DNA of 13,927 nt from an uncultured Nitrososphaerota archaeon. GTDB taxonomy: Archaea; Korarchaeota; Korarchaeia; Korarchaeales; Korarchaeaceae. The position numbers and the translations under genes are program-made. A model generated the notes under the pieces. That model saw only the letters and a program-made list of their open reading frames with translations, was not told the DNA's origin and ran no database searches. Shown here piece by piece: positions 1 to 8,900 of this stretch (position 1 is the stretch's first letter; each line of letters begins with the position of its first letter). The DNA is taken from assembly GCA_964618805.1 (NCBI GenBank), contig CAZUBM010000038.1, positions 1 to 13,927 on the forward strand, in the 5' to 3' direction.

Positions 1-1
1 C

Positions 2-586
2 AACAGGTTTAGTCTGGACCTAGATTTCACAGCGATTGAAGAGCTACCTGAAGGAATGCATGAGGCAATTGCCAAGGACATAAGCCTGTTCGGATTTCCA
101 GCTGAAGGGTCTCTAGAGGAGAAGTACGAGAGTACCAGCATAAAGCTAAGGATAAGGGGCCCTCTTTATAAAGGAAGTGAAAGGTCCATCTGCGTTATCA
201 GGTTGGAAATAAGTCTAAGAGAAAGGGTTATTCTGCCTCCGGATGCGAGAGAAATAGTTCCAGTGTATTACGACCTACAACCCTACTTGATAAAGGTCAT
301 GAGGTCTGAGGAAATCCTGGCTGAGAAGATCAGAGCAATTCTGACGAGGACTAGAGCAAAGGACGTGTACGATCTGTGGTTCCTACTGAGGAGAGGCGTA
401 AGAATGGACACAAGAATTATCAAGGAAAAGCTGAGGTTGGTAGGCTTAGATTTCAGAAGAGAAGAGTTGCTGACCAAAATTAGAGAATCTGAGCGTATTT
501 GGAAGCATGAGTTGTCTCCTTTGATCAGTTCCGTTCCAGAATTCGAAAGAATTTTGGAAGATATCAGAACCTCGACCGAGGCCTGA
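2..586 (+). CDS. AbiEii/AbiGii-family nucleotidyltransferase toxin (type IV TA), 5'-truncated by window edge
   Basis: The frame is open from base 2 and reads NRFSLDLDF (AbiEii RFSEDLDF motif) upstream of the ATG at 56. The C-terminal EEILAEKIRAILTRTRAKDVYDLWFL matches the family's EK...R..RDxYD motif. Confidence 0.88.
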   Translation, partial: NRFSLDLDFTAIEELPEGMHEAIAKDISLFGFPAEGSLEEKYESTSIKLRIRGPLYKGSERSICVIRLEISLRERVILPPDAREIVPVYYDLQPYLIKVMRSEEILAEKIRAILTRTRAKDVYDLWFLLRRGVRMDTRIIKEKLRLVGLDFRREELLTKIRESERIWKHELSPLISSVPEFERILEDIRTSTEA

Positions 587-622
587 CCAAGACTTATAAG
601 AAAAAGAGATAAATCCAAGTGA

Positions 623-868
623 ATGAGGAGGCCGATAAATATAACAGAACACGCATCTTCAAGAGCGATAAAATATGGAATAAGTAGAAATGAAATAATA
701 GAATGTCTCTCAAGCCCTGACGAGGTTGTGGAAGGCTATAAAGGTAGGAAGATAGCTCATAAATTCAAGGATAATCATCTATTGAGAGTAATATATGAGG
801 AGGATGATGTTATAACTGTAGTAACGGTATATTTGGCGAGGAGAAAGAGATATGAAAGAAGAGTCTAG
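623..868 (+). CDS. DUF4258-domain protein (putative RelE-like toxin)
   Basis: ITEHASSR..GISRNEI..CLSSPD...LLRVIYE...ITVVTVY pattern; overlaps the downstream DUF2283-like gene by 17 nt, the usual pairing. Confidence 0.8.
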   Translation: MRRPINITEHASSRAIKYGISRNEIIECLSSPDEVVEGYKGRKIAHKFKDNHLLRVIYEEDDVITVVTVYLARRKRYERRV

Positions 869-1082
869 GATCAAATACAGTCCTGATGTAGATGCTATCG
901 TAGTTATTGTGCGTAATAAGAAACCTAGTTATGGCGAGGAGATAGCTCCAGGAATAATATTCCATTACAGCGCTGATGACGAGCTTGTTGAGATAGAGAT
1001 ACTTGATGCAAGCGATTTCCTTTCTGCAGCCATGCAAGAGATGGTGAGATCTACTAAAAAAGCCCTTAAAAGGACGCAATAA
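852..1082 (+). CDS. DUF2283-domain protein (putative antitoxin)
   Basis: IKYSPDVDAIVV...GEEIAPGIIFHYSADDELVEIEILDAS matches the YDxxxDxLYI...GxxxGIEILxAS signature. Confidence 0.8.
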   Translation: MKEESRIKYSPDVDAIVVIVRNKKPSYGEEIAPGIIFHYSADDELVEIEILDASDFLSAAMQEMVRSTKKALKRTQ

Positions 1083-1101
1083 CAAGAATTTAACAAGAAT
1101 T
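1080..1101. repeat. Tandem 11-bp duplication (TAACAAGAATT x2)
   Basis: Identical copies at 1080-1090 and 1091-1101, beginning at the stop codon of the DUF2283-like gene. Confidence 0.85.
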
Positions 1102-1281
1102 TTTCAGAAGATATAATGCAAAATTGGCCTACTTGGAGTATCAAATGGTAAAGTCGTAGTGGAAGGGTTGGTGGAGCACTGGATGGCTTCTTAGGACAAT
1201 AGGGACACAGATTATCTATAGAATTAGTGAAAAACTAGTTACATGAACTCATATCTGAATGAAAGGCGATGTGCTAATTTT

Positions 1282-1593
1282 TCAAACGAGTCTCTTGAGT
1301 TCCGATTTTAACAATTCGTAATCTTCTTCTGGAATCTTCAGTAATCCACTCCTGAAGTACCCATACCAACAATTCTTGTTCTTTATGAAGCTAAGCTTTG
1401 GGACCAAGGGCTTAATTTCCAGATACTTCTCCTCCAAAACCAAAATGGGCTTTAGTCTGACCCTATTTGGGTATAAGCGGTCCTTGAATATCCTCTTGCT
1501 GCTCGTAAATGGATCAGGTGGAACTTCAAAAAGCCCTACAATTCTGTTGGAATATAGCTCGGGTCTTCCAAAGGGAAGCTTACAGTAATGTTG
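1282..1593 (-). pseudogene. EVE-domain (UPF0310-like) protein, N-terminus missing
   Basis: Start-less frame reads ...NRIVGLFEVPPDPFTSSKRIFKDRLYPNRVRLKP...IKPLVPKLSFIKNKNCWYGYFRSGLLKIPEEDYELLK. An in-frame TAA lies at 1594-1596 and the N-terminal YW/WGV/PGD motifs are absent. Confidence 0.8.
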
Positions 1594-1621
1594 TTAGTGT
1601 GAGGGATATGCCCGCGATAAG

Positions 1622-1674
1622 TTAGAACTTTTACTTCTAATAATTTATATACGAATTAGAACTAGCGGTTCTTA
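1622..1674 (+). promoter_or_regulatory. TATA box (TTTATATA 1644-1651) flanked by two TTAGAA-N7-TTCT(A/T)A palindromes
   Basis: TTAGAA-CTTTTAC-TTCTAA at 1622-1640 and TTAGAA-CTAGCGG-TTCTTA at 1656-1674. The ATG at 1674 sits at leaderless-transcript distance from the TATA box. Confidence 0.6.
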
Positions 1675-2884
1675 TGAGGGAGCTTCCATCGAAGCACAAC
1701 CCCTGGTGGAAGGGAGAAGGAAGCTATGTCCTCAGGCAATGGGAAAACCTGAAAAAGAGATGGATTCCAAAATGGCTGAATGAGACCTCTATCACTCCTT
1801 ACTCCCTGAACTTTGTTATAGGCCCACGACAGGTCGGAAAGACCACGGGTCTCTACCTCCTTATAGATAGGCTTATATCAAAAGGGATAGAGCCAACAAG
1901 AATATTCTACTTCAACTTGGATCTAGCAATGGATTTAGAGATTTTCAGAAGGATCTTGGACGAATATCTTGAGTTTAGAAGGGCTGAGGGACATGAGTCC
2001 AGTTTTATCTTCCTAGACGAGGTCACTAGCCTGCGTGATTGGTGGAAGGTGATCAAAGGGTATGTTGACCTCGGTTTATTCGAGAAAGACGTGCTAACAC
2101 TCACCAGTTCATCTTCTCTGACGTTAAGGGGAGAAGTTGAACTATTACCAGGGAGAAGAGGTTTTGGAAGAGACGTATTGGTAAGCCCTCTATCCTTCAG
2201 GGAGTTCTTGGAAGTCCATGGGATTAAAGTGAAGTTGAGTGGCAACTTGAAGGAGGATTTGAGCAGACTTCTTCCAATCTCTCCAGAAATAAAGCAGATG
2301 TTTAAGAAGTACGTCAAGACGGGGGGCTTTCCCTTATCTGTGAACGAAGATCCGAGGTCGGATGAACAATATCTTAGGGCATTAGAGGGCGAGATATTGA
2401 GATTGGAAAAAATCCACAATTGGTAAGGACCATAGTCTCCTCAATCATGAGGAAGGCTCCTTCTCCTCTCTCTTATTCTAGCATAGCTGCTGACGTCGGG
2501 GTTTCGTATAAGACAGTTCAGGAATATTTAGATATCTTGAAAAAACTGATGGTGATAGAAACTGCCCTATTTAGGGAGGGAAATAGGATATCCTGGAGGA
2601 AGGAGAAGAAGTATTTCCCACTTGACCCATTCATAGCACGCTCTCTCTCCCTATGGGCTGGAGCAAGCTATCTGGAAGGAGCTTTTTATGAGTGGATGGT
2701 TCAAGCTCACTTATTCAGGAAGTTTGGTGAAGTTTACTACTACAGAAACTCTTATGAGGTTGACTGCATAGCCGGTCCAATGAGGGTGGAGGTTAAAGTT
2801 GGAAAGCCACACAGAAGATACCCTAAAGACGTACTGATCGTTGATGAAGAGAATTTCCCAGCCTTTCTAGCCTCATTGGTCTAG
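1674..2884 (+). pseudogene. AAA_14 / DUF4143 archaeal ATPase (NPWW-ATPase-wHTH-nuclease-like), split by a single frameshift
   Basis: NPWW, Walker A GPRQVGKTT, Walker B IFLDEV, GRRG and TGGFP lie in 1674-2426. HTH SYSSIAADVGVSYKTVQEYL, K.Y..DPF and EVD...VEVK lie in 2420-2884. One extra A in the A6 run at 2407-2412 restores LEKNPQLVRTIV. Confidence 0.85.
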
Positions 2885-2922
2885 GTAAAAAGCTCCCTTG
2901 ATATTCGAGAGGAGGTTAGGAA

Positions 2923-3225
2923 GTGCTAACATACGAGGAGATATTGGAGAAGATAGAGGAGAACAGAGAAAGAATAAGAAAGTATGGGGTGAAGAGGATT
3001 GGCGTTTTTGGATCCTTCGTCAGTAGAGAGCAAAGTTCTGAAAGTGATATCGATATCTTAGTAGAGTTTGAAAAGGGTAAGAAGACATTCGACAACTACA
3101 TGGATCTGAAGTTCTTCCTTGAGGATTTGTTTAGGAGAAAGGTTGATCTTGTGATCGTAGAAACGATAAAGCCAGGTTTAAAGCCTTACATCTTAAGGAG
3201 TGTCAGGTATGCGTCGGGATTATAG
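2923..3225 (+). CDS. Minimal nucleotidyltransferase (MNT/MntA-type antitoxin)
   Basis: GS-X10-DID motif (GSFVSREQSSESDID), LEDLFRRKVDLV; GGAGGT RBS at 2911-2916 before the GTG start. Confidence 0.9.
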   Translation: MLTYEEILEKIEENRERIRKYGVKRIGVFGSFVSREQSSESDIDILVEFEKGKKTFDNYMDLKFFLEDLFRRKVDLVIVETIKPGLKPYILRSVRYASGL

Positions 3226-3280
3226 AGCATGTAAGAGGTTCTGTAGTGAACTTTTGATGCATAGTGGTTATCAAAAATGA
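3209..3280 (+). pseudogene. Stub of a HEPN/DUF86 toxin (first ~6 codons only)
   Basis: An ATG overlapping the MNT 3' end gives MRRDYR, a typical DUF86 start. The frame then diverges and stops after 23 aa with no RX4H motif. Confidence 0.5.
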
Positions 3281-3304
3281 TAACTTTAATTACACAAAAG
3301 TTAT
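3267..3304. repeat. Two overlapping inverted repeats (operator-like)
   Basis: GTTATCA-AAAA-TGATAAC (3267-3284) and ATAACTTT-N9-AAAGTTAT (3280-3304). Confidence 0.6.
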
Positions 3305-3618
3305 TTTAATTTCTAGTTTTGTAGGATGTTACCCTGGCTTAGAAGCGCGATAAAAAAGAGGACTTTGGGCCTTCATTTGGATTCTCCTTTCGTAATCTAG
3401 GATCGAAATAGTTAAAGGCTCTCCTCTGAGTCGTGGTGTACTGGCTCATTGCATTCTCTAGATGAGGTTACATGGCGTATAATCCCCTGTCGACATGCGT
3501 TCAGAAGAATTAGCTTTGGAGAGAGCATATTCAAGTCACTGGTATCAGACAGCTGCATAAGAAGTAAAGTCACGCTTTATCGCAGCGTTTTCCATAGTTC
3601 CTTGCATGCATGACATAC

Positions 3619-4187
3619 CTATCGAGCATAAACTCTTATCTCCTTAAATTTGACGCCAGATCTTTTTGGGAAATTTATACCTAGCCCAAACTTTCTGCTG
3701 GGATAATAAAACACCCATCTCCTAGCCTTCTCCCCCCTCTCTTTTGAATCATTCCTTTTAAGCCCCTTTTCCCGTACAGGCGATAAATCACCCTCGTCTT
3801 CTCTTTTTGACTCAAGCCCTTGAGGCTGTAGGTCACTATAGCCATTGGACGAAGTTCTTGAAGGATTGCAGGGGCTCTCAGAGGGTACCTCATGTAAAGG
3901 ATCACCCTGTCTTCGAATATGTTCCGCAAAAAGGTTGGCTAGGTGCTTTCTCGCAGCTCCCTCATGTTTCTCGTAAGAACTTGGGTGAAGAGGCCCAACT
4001 TACCGATATCTTCGTAGAGCTTCCTTCTATTTCTTCACATGATGTCGTCGTCCTCAAACACCACAAGCAGGTCGTAGTCGGAGTACTAGTCATAGTTCCC
4101 CTTCGCTCTGCTTCTAAAGAGAATCAAAGCTATGACTCCTTCTACGCCTGCTACAGCGTCAACGATCCTACTTAAGTCCGATTCCAT
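3619..4187 (-). pseudogene. Pol-beta-type nucleotidyltransferase with extra C-terminal domain; multiple stops and a frameshift
   Basis: MESDLSRIVDAVAGVEGVIALILFRSRAKGNYD*YSDYDLLVVFEDDDIM*...ST*PTFLRNIFEDRVILY...YSLKGLSQKEK...RLYG...GGRRLGDGCFIIP...G*V*. Stops at 4086, 4035, 3939, 3681 and 3675; the tail GVKFKEIRVYAR* is in another frame; the FGS motif reads FRS. Confidence 0.8.
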
Positions 4188-4302
4188 TCTTGTTTTTGAT
4201 CTCATTTATAATCCTCTCCATTGCCTCAATTTGAGCCCTCTGCCCTTAGAACCATAAGTTCACCAGCGTCTCGATGGCTCCCAAATATGCTGTTAAGAAT
4301 GA
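4168..4302 (-). pseudogene. 3' remnant of an unidentified gene, in frame with VapC and overlapping the start of the nucleotidyltransferase pseudogene
   Basis: After the VapC TAG the same frame continues SFLTAYLGAIETLVNLWF*GQRAQIEAMERIINEIKNKNGIGLK*, ending across the ATG at 4187. Confidence 0.35.
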
Positions 4303-4695
4303 CTACAAGTTGATAACACTTAATTCGCGCGCCAGCCTTTGCCAAGCCTCGACACTACATAATAAATCTTCAATAAACTTCAACTTTAGCTTAGAGACCT
4401 GAGAGACATCGCGGAAGTCTTCGTCTGAAGTAACAAGTTCTTCCTCTCGATTCAAACATATTGATGCTATCAATAGATCAGAGAAGGGTTTAGGTTTGCC
4501 GATCTTCCTTAAGTTCTCCTGGAGCTTGTATGCGGTTTCATAGTCTCCCTGCACGGGATAAATCACCCTTCCAGAAAACTTGGAATACCTAAGAATAGGT
4601 GGAAACTCTACCATAGTGACAACGGTAATGTCCTCTCTTATCTCTGCCTTCCCTCTAATTCTATCCATTACGATGCACGTGTCAAGTACAGTCAT
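4303..4695 (-). CDS. vapC: VapC-family PIN-domain toxin
   Basis: VLDT (Asp1), VTMVEF (Glu), FSDLLIASIC (Asp), LVTSDEDF (Asp): PIN acidic residues intact; directly downstream of a small partner gene. Confidence 0.9.
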   Translation of the reverse strand: MTVLDTCIVMDRIRGKAEIREDITVVTMVEFPPILRYSKFSGRVIYPVQGDYETAYKLQENLRKIGKPKPFSDLLIASICLNREEELVTSDEDFRDVSQVSKLKLKFIEDLLCSVEAWQRLARELSVINL

Positions 4696-4704
4696 GCAGA
4701 ACCC

Positions 4705-4917
4705 CTAGCTAAACAATCTTTTCTTTTCCTTCTCTCTAAGCTCTTTAACATCGAATTCTACCTCGATCTCCTCTGTAAGCTCAACTATGCCAAGCCTTTT
4801 CCTGATGGTATCGACAGGTATGTAGCTCAGCGAAGATATCGCCTGCATCACCGCTCTTTTCAGCTCCTCATCTGTAATCCAGCTCGGAACCTTCACTTTT
4901 ATCGTTGCCTCTCTCAT
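4705..4917 (-). CDS. Putative VapB-type antitoxin
   Basis: 70 aa with an N-terminal beta-strand plus helix and an acidic C-terminus, 9 nt upstream of vapC and co-oriented. Confidence 0.7.
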   Translation of the reverse strand: MREATIKVKVPSWITDEELKRAVMQAISSLSYIPVDTIRKRLGIVELTEEIEVEFDVKELREKEKKRLFS

Positions 4918-5022
4918 CCTAGACCAAGAAATTAAGTCACGTCAATATTTTACTTTTGTTTTTGTTCACTTCTACCTTCCAATAATTCTTTTAATTCGCC
5001 TAGTTATTCCTATGTAGCGCTT

Positions 5023-5638
5023 CTAGTAATCTTTGTTTAAGAGATTGTTTGGAAGCCTCTCAGCTGATGAAGAGAGGGGTAGGTTCAGGCTACTAATGGA
5101 CAGAAAAGAACCGACGGTTGCACTTGGTGTAATTTGAGTGCCTAATTCAATCATAAGCTTATGCAAGGAAGATAAGAGGAAAGCTGCTATTGAGAGAACG
5201 CGCGCCGCGCCGCCCGTTATAAGAAGGGTGATCAAAGTTCTCTTTGGAACCCCATATTCCCTTATTTCCTTAAGAAAAACCTTTATCTAAAACTTGTAAA
5301 AGGCAGAAAAAGCTGTTAGTTCTCCCTTGTTCCATCCTACGTTTGCTAAAACTATTGCCTGCACCCAGTTGGTCCATTTCACAACAGCGTCGGTAAAACC
5401 CCACCTAGATGCGAGGAAACTATGCCAGTGGACTAGGAAATCGTGGACCTCTCTGGGTGTTGTGTAAGCCAGGGGTTTACAAGCGTAAAGATTGGGTCCA
5501 ACATCGATCAGCCAACCCTCGGCTTCTAGCCTATAAAACCACCTGTAGAACGTAGTTTTAGGGGTTGAGAAAGCCTCCTTATCTGGCCTTTATCCATCGG
5601 ACTGCAAGCAATACTGCTACTGCTCTTCGGTTTATCAT
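5023..5638 (-). pseudogene. Degraded winged-HTH protein
   Basis: A start-less frame reads FSTPKTTFYRWFYRLEAEGWLIDVGPNLY (wHTH recognition helix and wing). It continues through an in-frame TAG at 5287-5289 into the annotated 5023-5235 ORF. Candidate ATGs at 5597 and 5638 are out of frame. Confidence 0.45.
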
Positions 5639-5652
5639 TATTCCCATTTTCC

Positions 5653-5678
5653 TATAATTCTTTTATAAAAGAATTATA
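5653..5678. repeat. Perfect 26-bp palindrome TATAATTCTTTTATAAAAGAATTATA centred on a TATA-like core
   Basis: Self-reverse-complementary by inspection; the symmetry extends to TTCCCA (5641-5646) and TGGGAA (5685-5690). Confidence 0.9.
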
Positions 5679-5907
5679 ATATTTTGGGAAAAACAAAAAG
5701 AGCCGTTTTGCTCATTGTTTCAGGCCAGGAAGACGACAAGTATGGTCCTGTTACTTGAAAACAGTATAAGTAGACTAGTTGCTGAAGAGTAGATAGTGCT
5801 TCGAAAGGGCTATGTTTGGCACATTTACTGCAGTTAAAGCCATAAAAACATGAGTTCCTTTATCAGCTTTTTAGTTTTATGAACGATATTGAAGATTAGC
5901 CATAAAA

Positions 5908-8900
5908 CTAGGAAAGTCCTAGCTTTGTAAGCACATCCTCAGGATTAAACTTCTCCTTTGATCTGACGGCAGCCTCCTCCACATAGAATCTTACTCCAAG
6001 TTTCATGGCTTCGGAATCAACCCTTATCCTTTCATCTTGTTCTTTGAAGTAACTCATCAGTGACATGGCACACATTAGCTGAATAGCTCTCCTCTCTAAC
6101 CTTGGGGAGAAGTCAAGCCTCTCTTGGGCTATGGTATCGAGAATTGCCTCTCTTGCCCTAGTAATCTCCTCAAAAACTCTTTCTGTAAGCAAAACAGGCT
6201 TGTATTTGAACCTGTCCTTGACGAGAGGATGCTCGGTCTCTATCGCATGAACCAAGGTAAGGTGATCTCTAATTTCACTGGCTTTTTCCATTTTTAGTTT
6301 TCCAAGCACTAGCTCCATCTGCTTCTCGGCAATTTCCCTATACCTCTCTTTAGTTAATCTGTGAAGCCTGCACAGCATCCTTTCCTCTATTGCGCTGAAG
6401 TTAGGATCTTTTATCGTGACCTCGTACCCCCTTTCGAAAACCCTTGTGTTATAGTTAACACTAAGGAAGGAGGTGAAGCGGTAGGGACCAATAGTCTGCC
6501 TGGCTGTCTCCCACTTAATGATACCATGTTCCATGGCTATTTTAAGAGGCTCTACCATCCCAGAGTTGTGAACCAAGAATCCATTTGCTATGAAGTTGTG
6601 GTTTTTAGGAACAAGAATATCGTATACTACAAACTTTCCTCGAAGGATGCGCTTGTTGACTATGCGCTCAAAAAGCAACGGGCTATTTGTCAAACCTCTG
6701 GTAATCGTTAGGGGTGTGCTGTCTTCTCCTGATAACTTCCTCACAACTTGAATGTACTTTCTGAGGTTCTTTTTTGTAATCAATGCAAGATCGCGTTCCC
6801 ATGTATATCTACTGCTCTTTGAGAAGAATCTATGCATAACGCTAGCACTAATGCCCTCACTTTCTCTTACAGCTACAAGAAGAGGACTTGCTATCTTAGC
6901 TGGCACGACAAACGTTTTAGTTCGAGCAATTCCCCTATACCTTGAAATAAGCCTGGCTAGTTTTGCTTTCTTACGCTTTGAGTAGAATCCTATATTTTCA
7001 GCAAATTTTTGAACGCTGGTCCTATCTGCTATCTCTACGCAATAGCTTCTATTCTTTTTAGAAAAGAAAACCCTTGAAGTTATTCCTAGCCTAAGAAGGA
7101 GGAGTTGAACCTTCCTAGCCAGTTCAGGACTGATTGTTGAGAACGATATACAACCACCATAGGGCTTCTTTATGCCTACAGTCCCATCAGTATCAAACAA
7201 TCCTCGAAGGTATTCACATATATGTCTCTTTGGCATTCGAAGTATTTCTGGAGGAACATCTACTGTAGCTGCCTTGTTTTTAGCTGGAATACCGAATTTC
7301 TCAATCAACCCTACTAAAACTGCGTTATTTACGATTAAAATTCCGTTTTTATCTATGTAACCAACACCGAATAGATCTCTAATTATAATAAGACATCTTT
7401 CAACGATTTCTGGATCGGAAGGACAGCAGATCTTTATTCTACGATTCTGATTTATGTTTCCGTCTCCTATTACTGCTCCAACGAAATACATAAACTTCGC
7501 TGGGATCTCATTTGGCAGTCTTATGCTTTCAACTCCTCTTGATACCTTTTCGGTCAGTTCGTACACGGGGATCTTCAGATCAAGCAGCTGAAGCATTTTC
7601 CTGAAAATCATGAAAGGAATAGAACTACGACCAGTTAGATACGCATGAAATGTGGTGTACTTTACCCCAATTTTTCTAGAGAACTCTTTAGGATTCTTGA
7701 ACTTGCCATTAATCAGCTTTCTGAACAGAGAAAGAGTTTGAGGATTTATTTTCACGTATACGTTCTCTGGAAGGAACTGCCAAAAGGTAGGAGACTCTTG
7801 ACTTTCTGTAAGTAGTGAAGGCAACTCTCCGAGTGAGATCAGATAATCACCAATTTCGAATTCTGATGCAGGTTTCCAAACGATTTCTCCTGTAGTTAGA
7901 ACTGGTAGCGGATGGTTGGGGGTTAGCCTAAGCAATTTGCCTGTTTCGGTCGTGAGTTCCACGAGCTCGTCTGTCTCTCTTGAACTCACTTTCTGAACAC
8001 GATCTATCTCCAATTCCAAAGTTCTTGGGTTAACAGAAACCACAGATATGTCTTTCTTCCTTTCTACGATTTCTCCGATAGGAACTAATTCACCTGTAGC
8101 GGTTAGAACTAAGGCGTCATAAGGCAAGCAGTACTTAAACCAATCGTTGAACTCGGTTATGATGAAATTGTACTTCCTCCCTTCGTATGCCTCCCCTATT
8201 CTGATGAACTTAGCAGGGGTCATTCCCCCGCAGTATCTGTTCCTGCCAGGAAGACCATGGGCTGGTATACCCTTGTTAGGATCTCCCATTATCATCGTGT
8301 AGGTTGAGAAAGTCTTCCCAGTTCCAGGTTCCCCAAAGAGAGCGAGATTAAAGCCGGTTCTCATCCTGGCTCCTCCTTCCTCGGTTACAACGCTGACATC
8401 AGCCAAGGAATACTGCTGAGTCATGGTGAGCAAGATGTCGTAGTAGAGAACTGGACCAAATAGAGAACGATGGTACTCCACAAGCTTAGATACAGAGAAT
8501 TCTTCACCAAAAGAGATGGTTCGATCCAATCTTTCCTCCATCAACAGCTTAAGGAAATCATCAAACTCCTTCTCCATCCTCATTACTTCCTCAAGCTCTC
8601 TCTTTGCAAGAGCGCTCCTTAGCTTTAGCTTTGGTTGATAATCAGCAAGCTCTTTTTTCATTGCTGATAAGATCTCTTCAGGTACCTTCCACTTCCCCTC
8701 TGGAGTTTTCATTAGGAGGCGGAAGCTTTCAAGCCATCCAAGGAGGCTATGCTGAAGGTATGGAAAATCGAGCTTTTTCATCTTTTCCGCAAGTTGTCTC
8801 TCAGTAAAAGCCCCTTTCATCTTCGAGGCAGCGAAGAGTATATAGTAAGCCCTGTCTTGCCACCTCTTCAGCGCTTCTCTGACCCTTATTCTTATCAGTT

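Noticed and set aside
1607-1616. 10-mer TATGCCCGCG shared with 13457-13466 as an att-like direct repeat
   Set aside because: It is short, the second copy lies inside the DUF5615 coding sequence, and there is no integrase or tRNA; likely chance.
283-2419. ORFs 283-618, 446-652, 810-1085, 1907-2419 (-) and 1376-1588 (+)
   Set aside because: Antisense shadows of recognisable genes or pseudogenes, with no motifs of their own.
3807-4175. 122-aa plus-strand ORF
   Set aside because: Antisense to the nucleotidyltransferase pseudogene.
3675-5289. Amber (TAG) recoding or pyrrolysine, suggested by many in-frame TAGs
   Set aside because: The same frames also contain TGA, TAA, frameshifts and motif-breaking substitutions, and intact genes here end normally in TAG (868, 2884, 3225, 5908).
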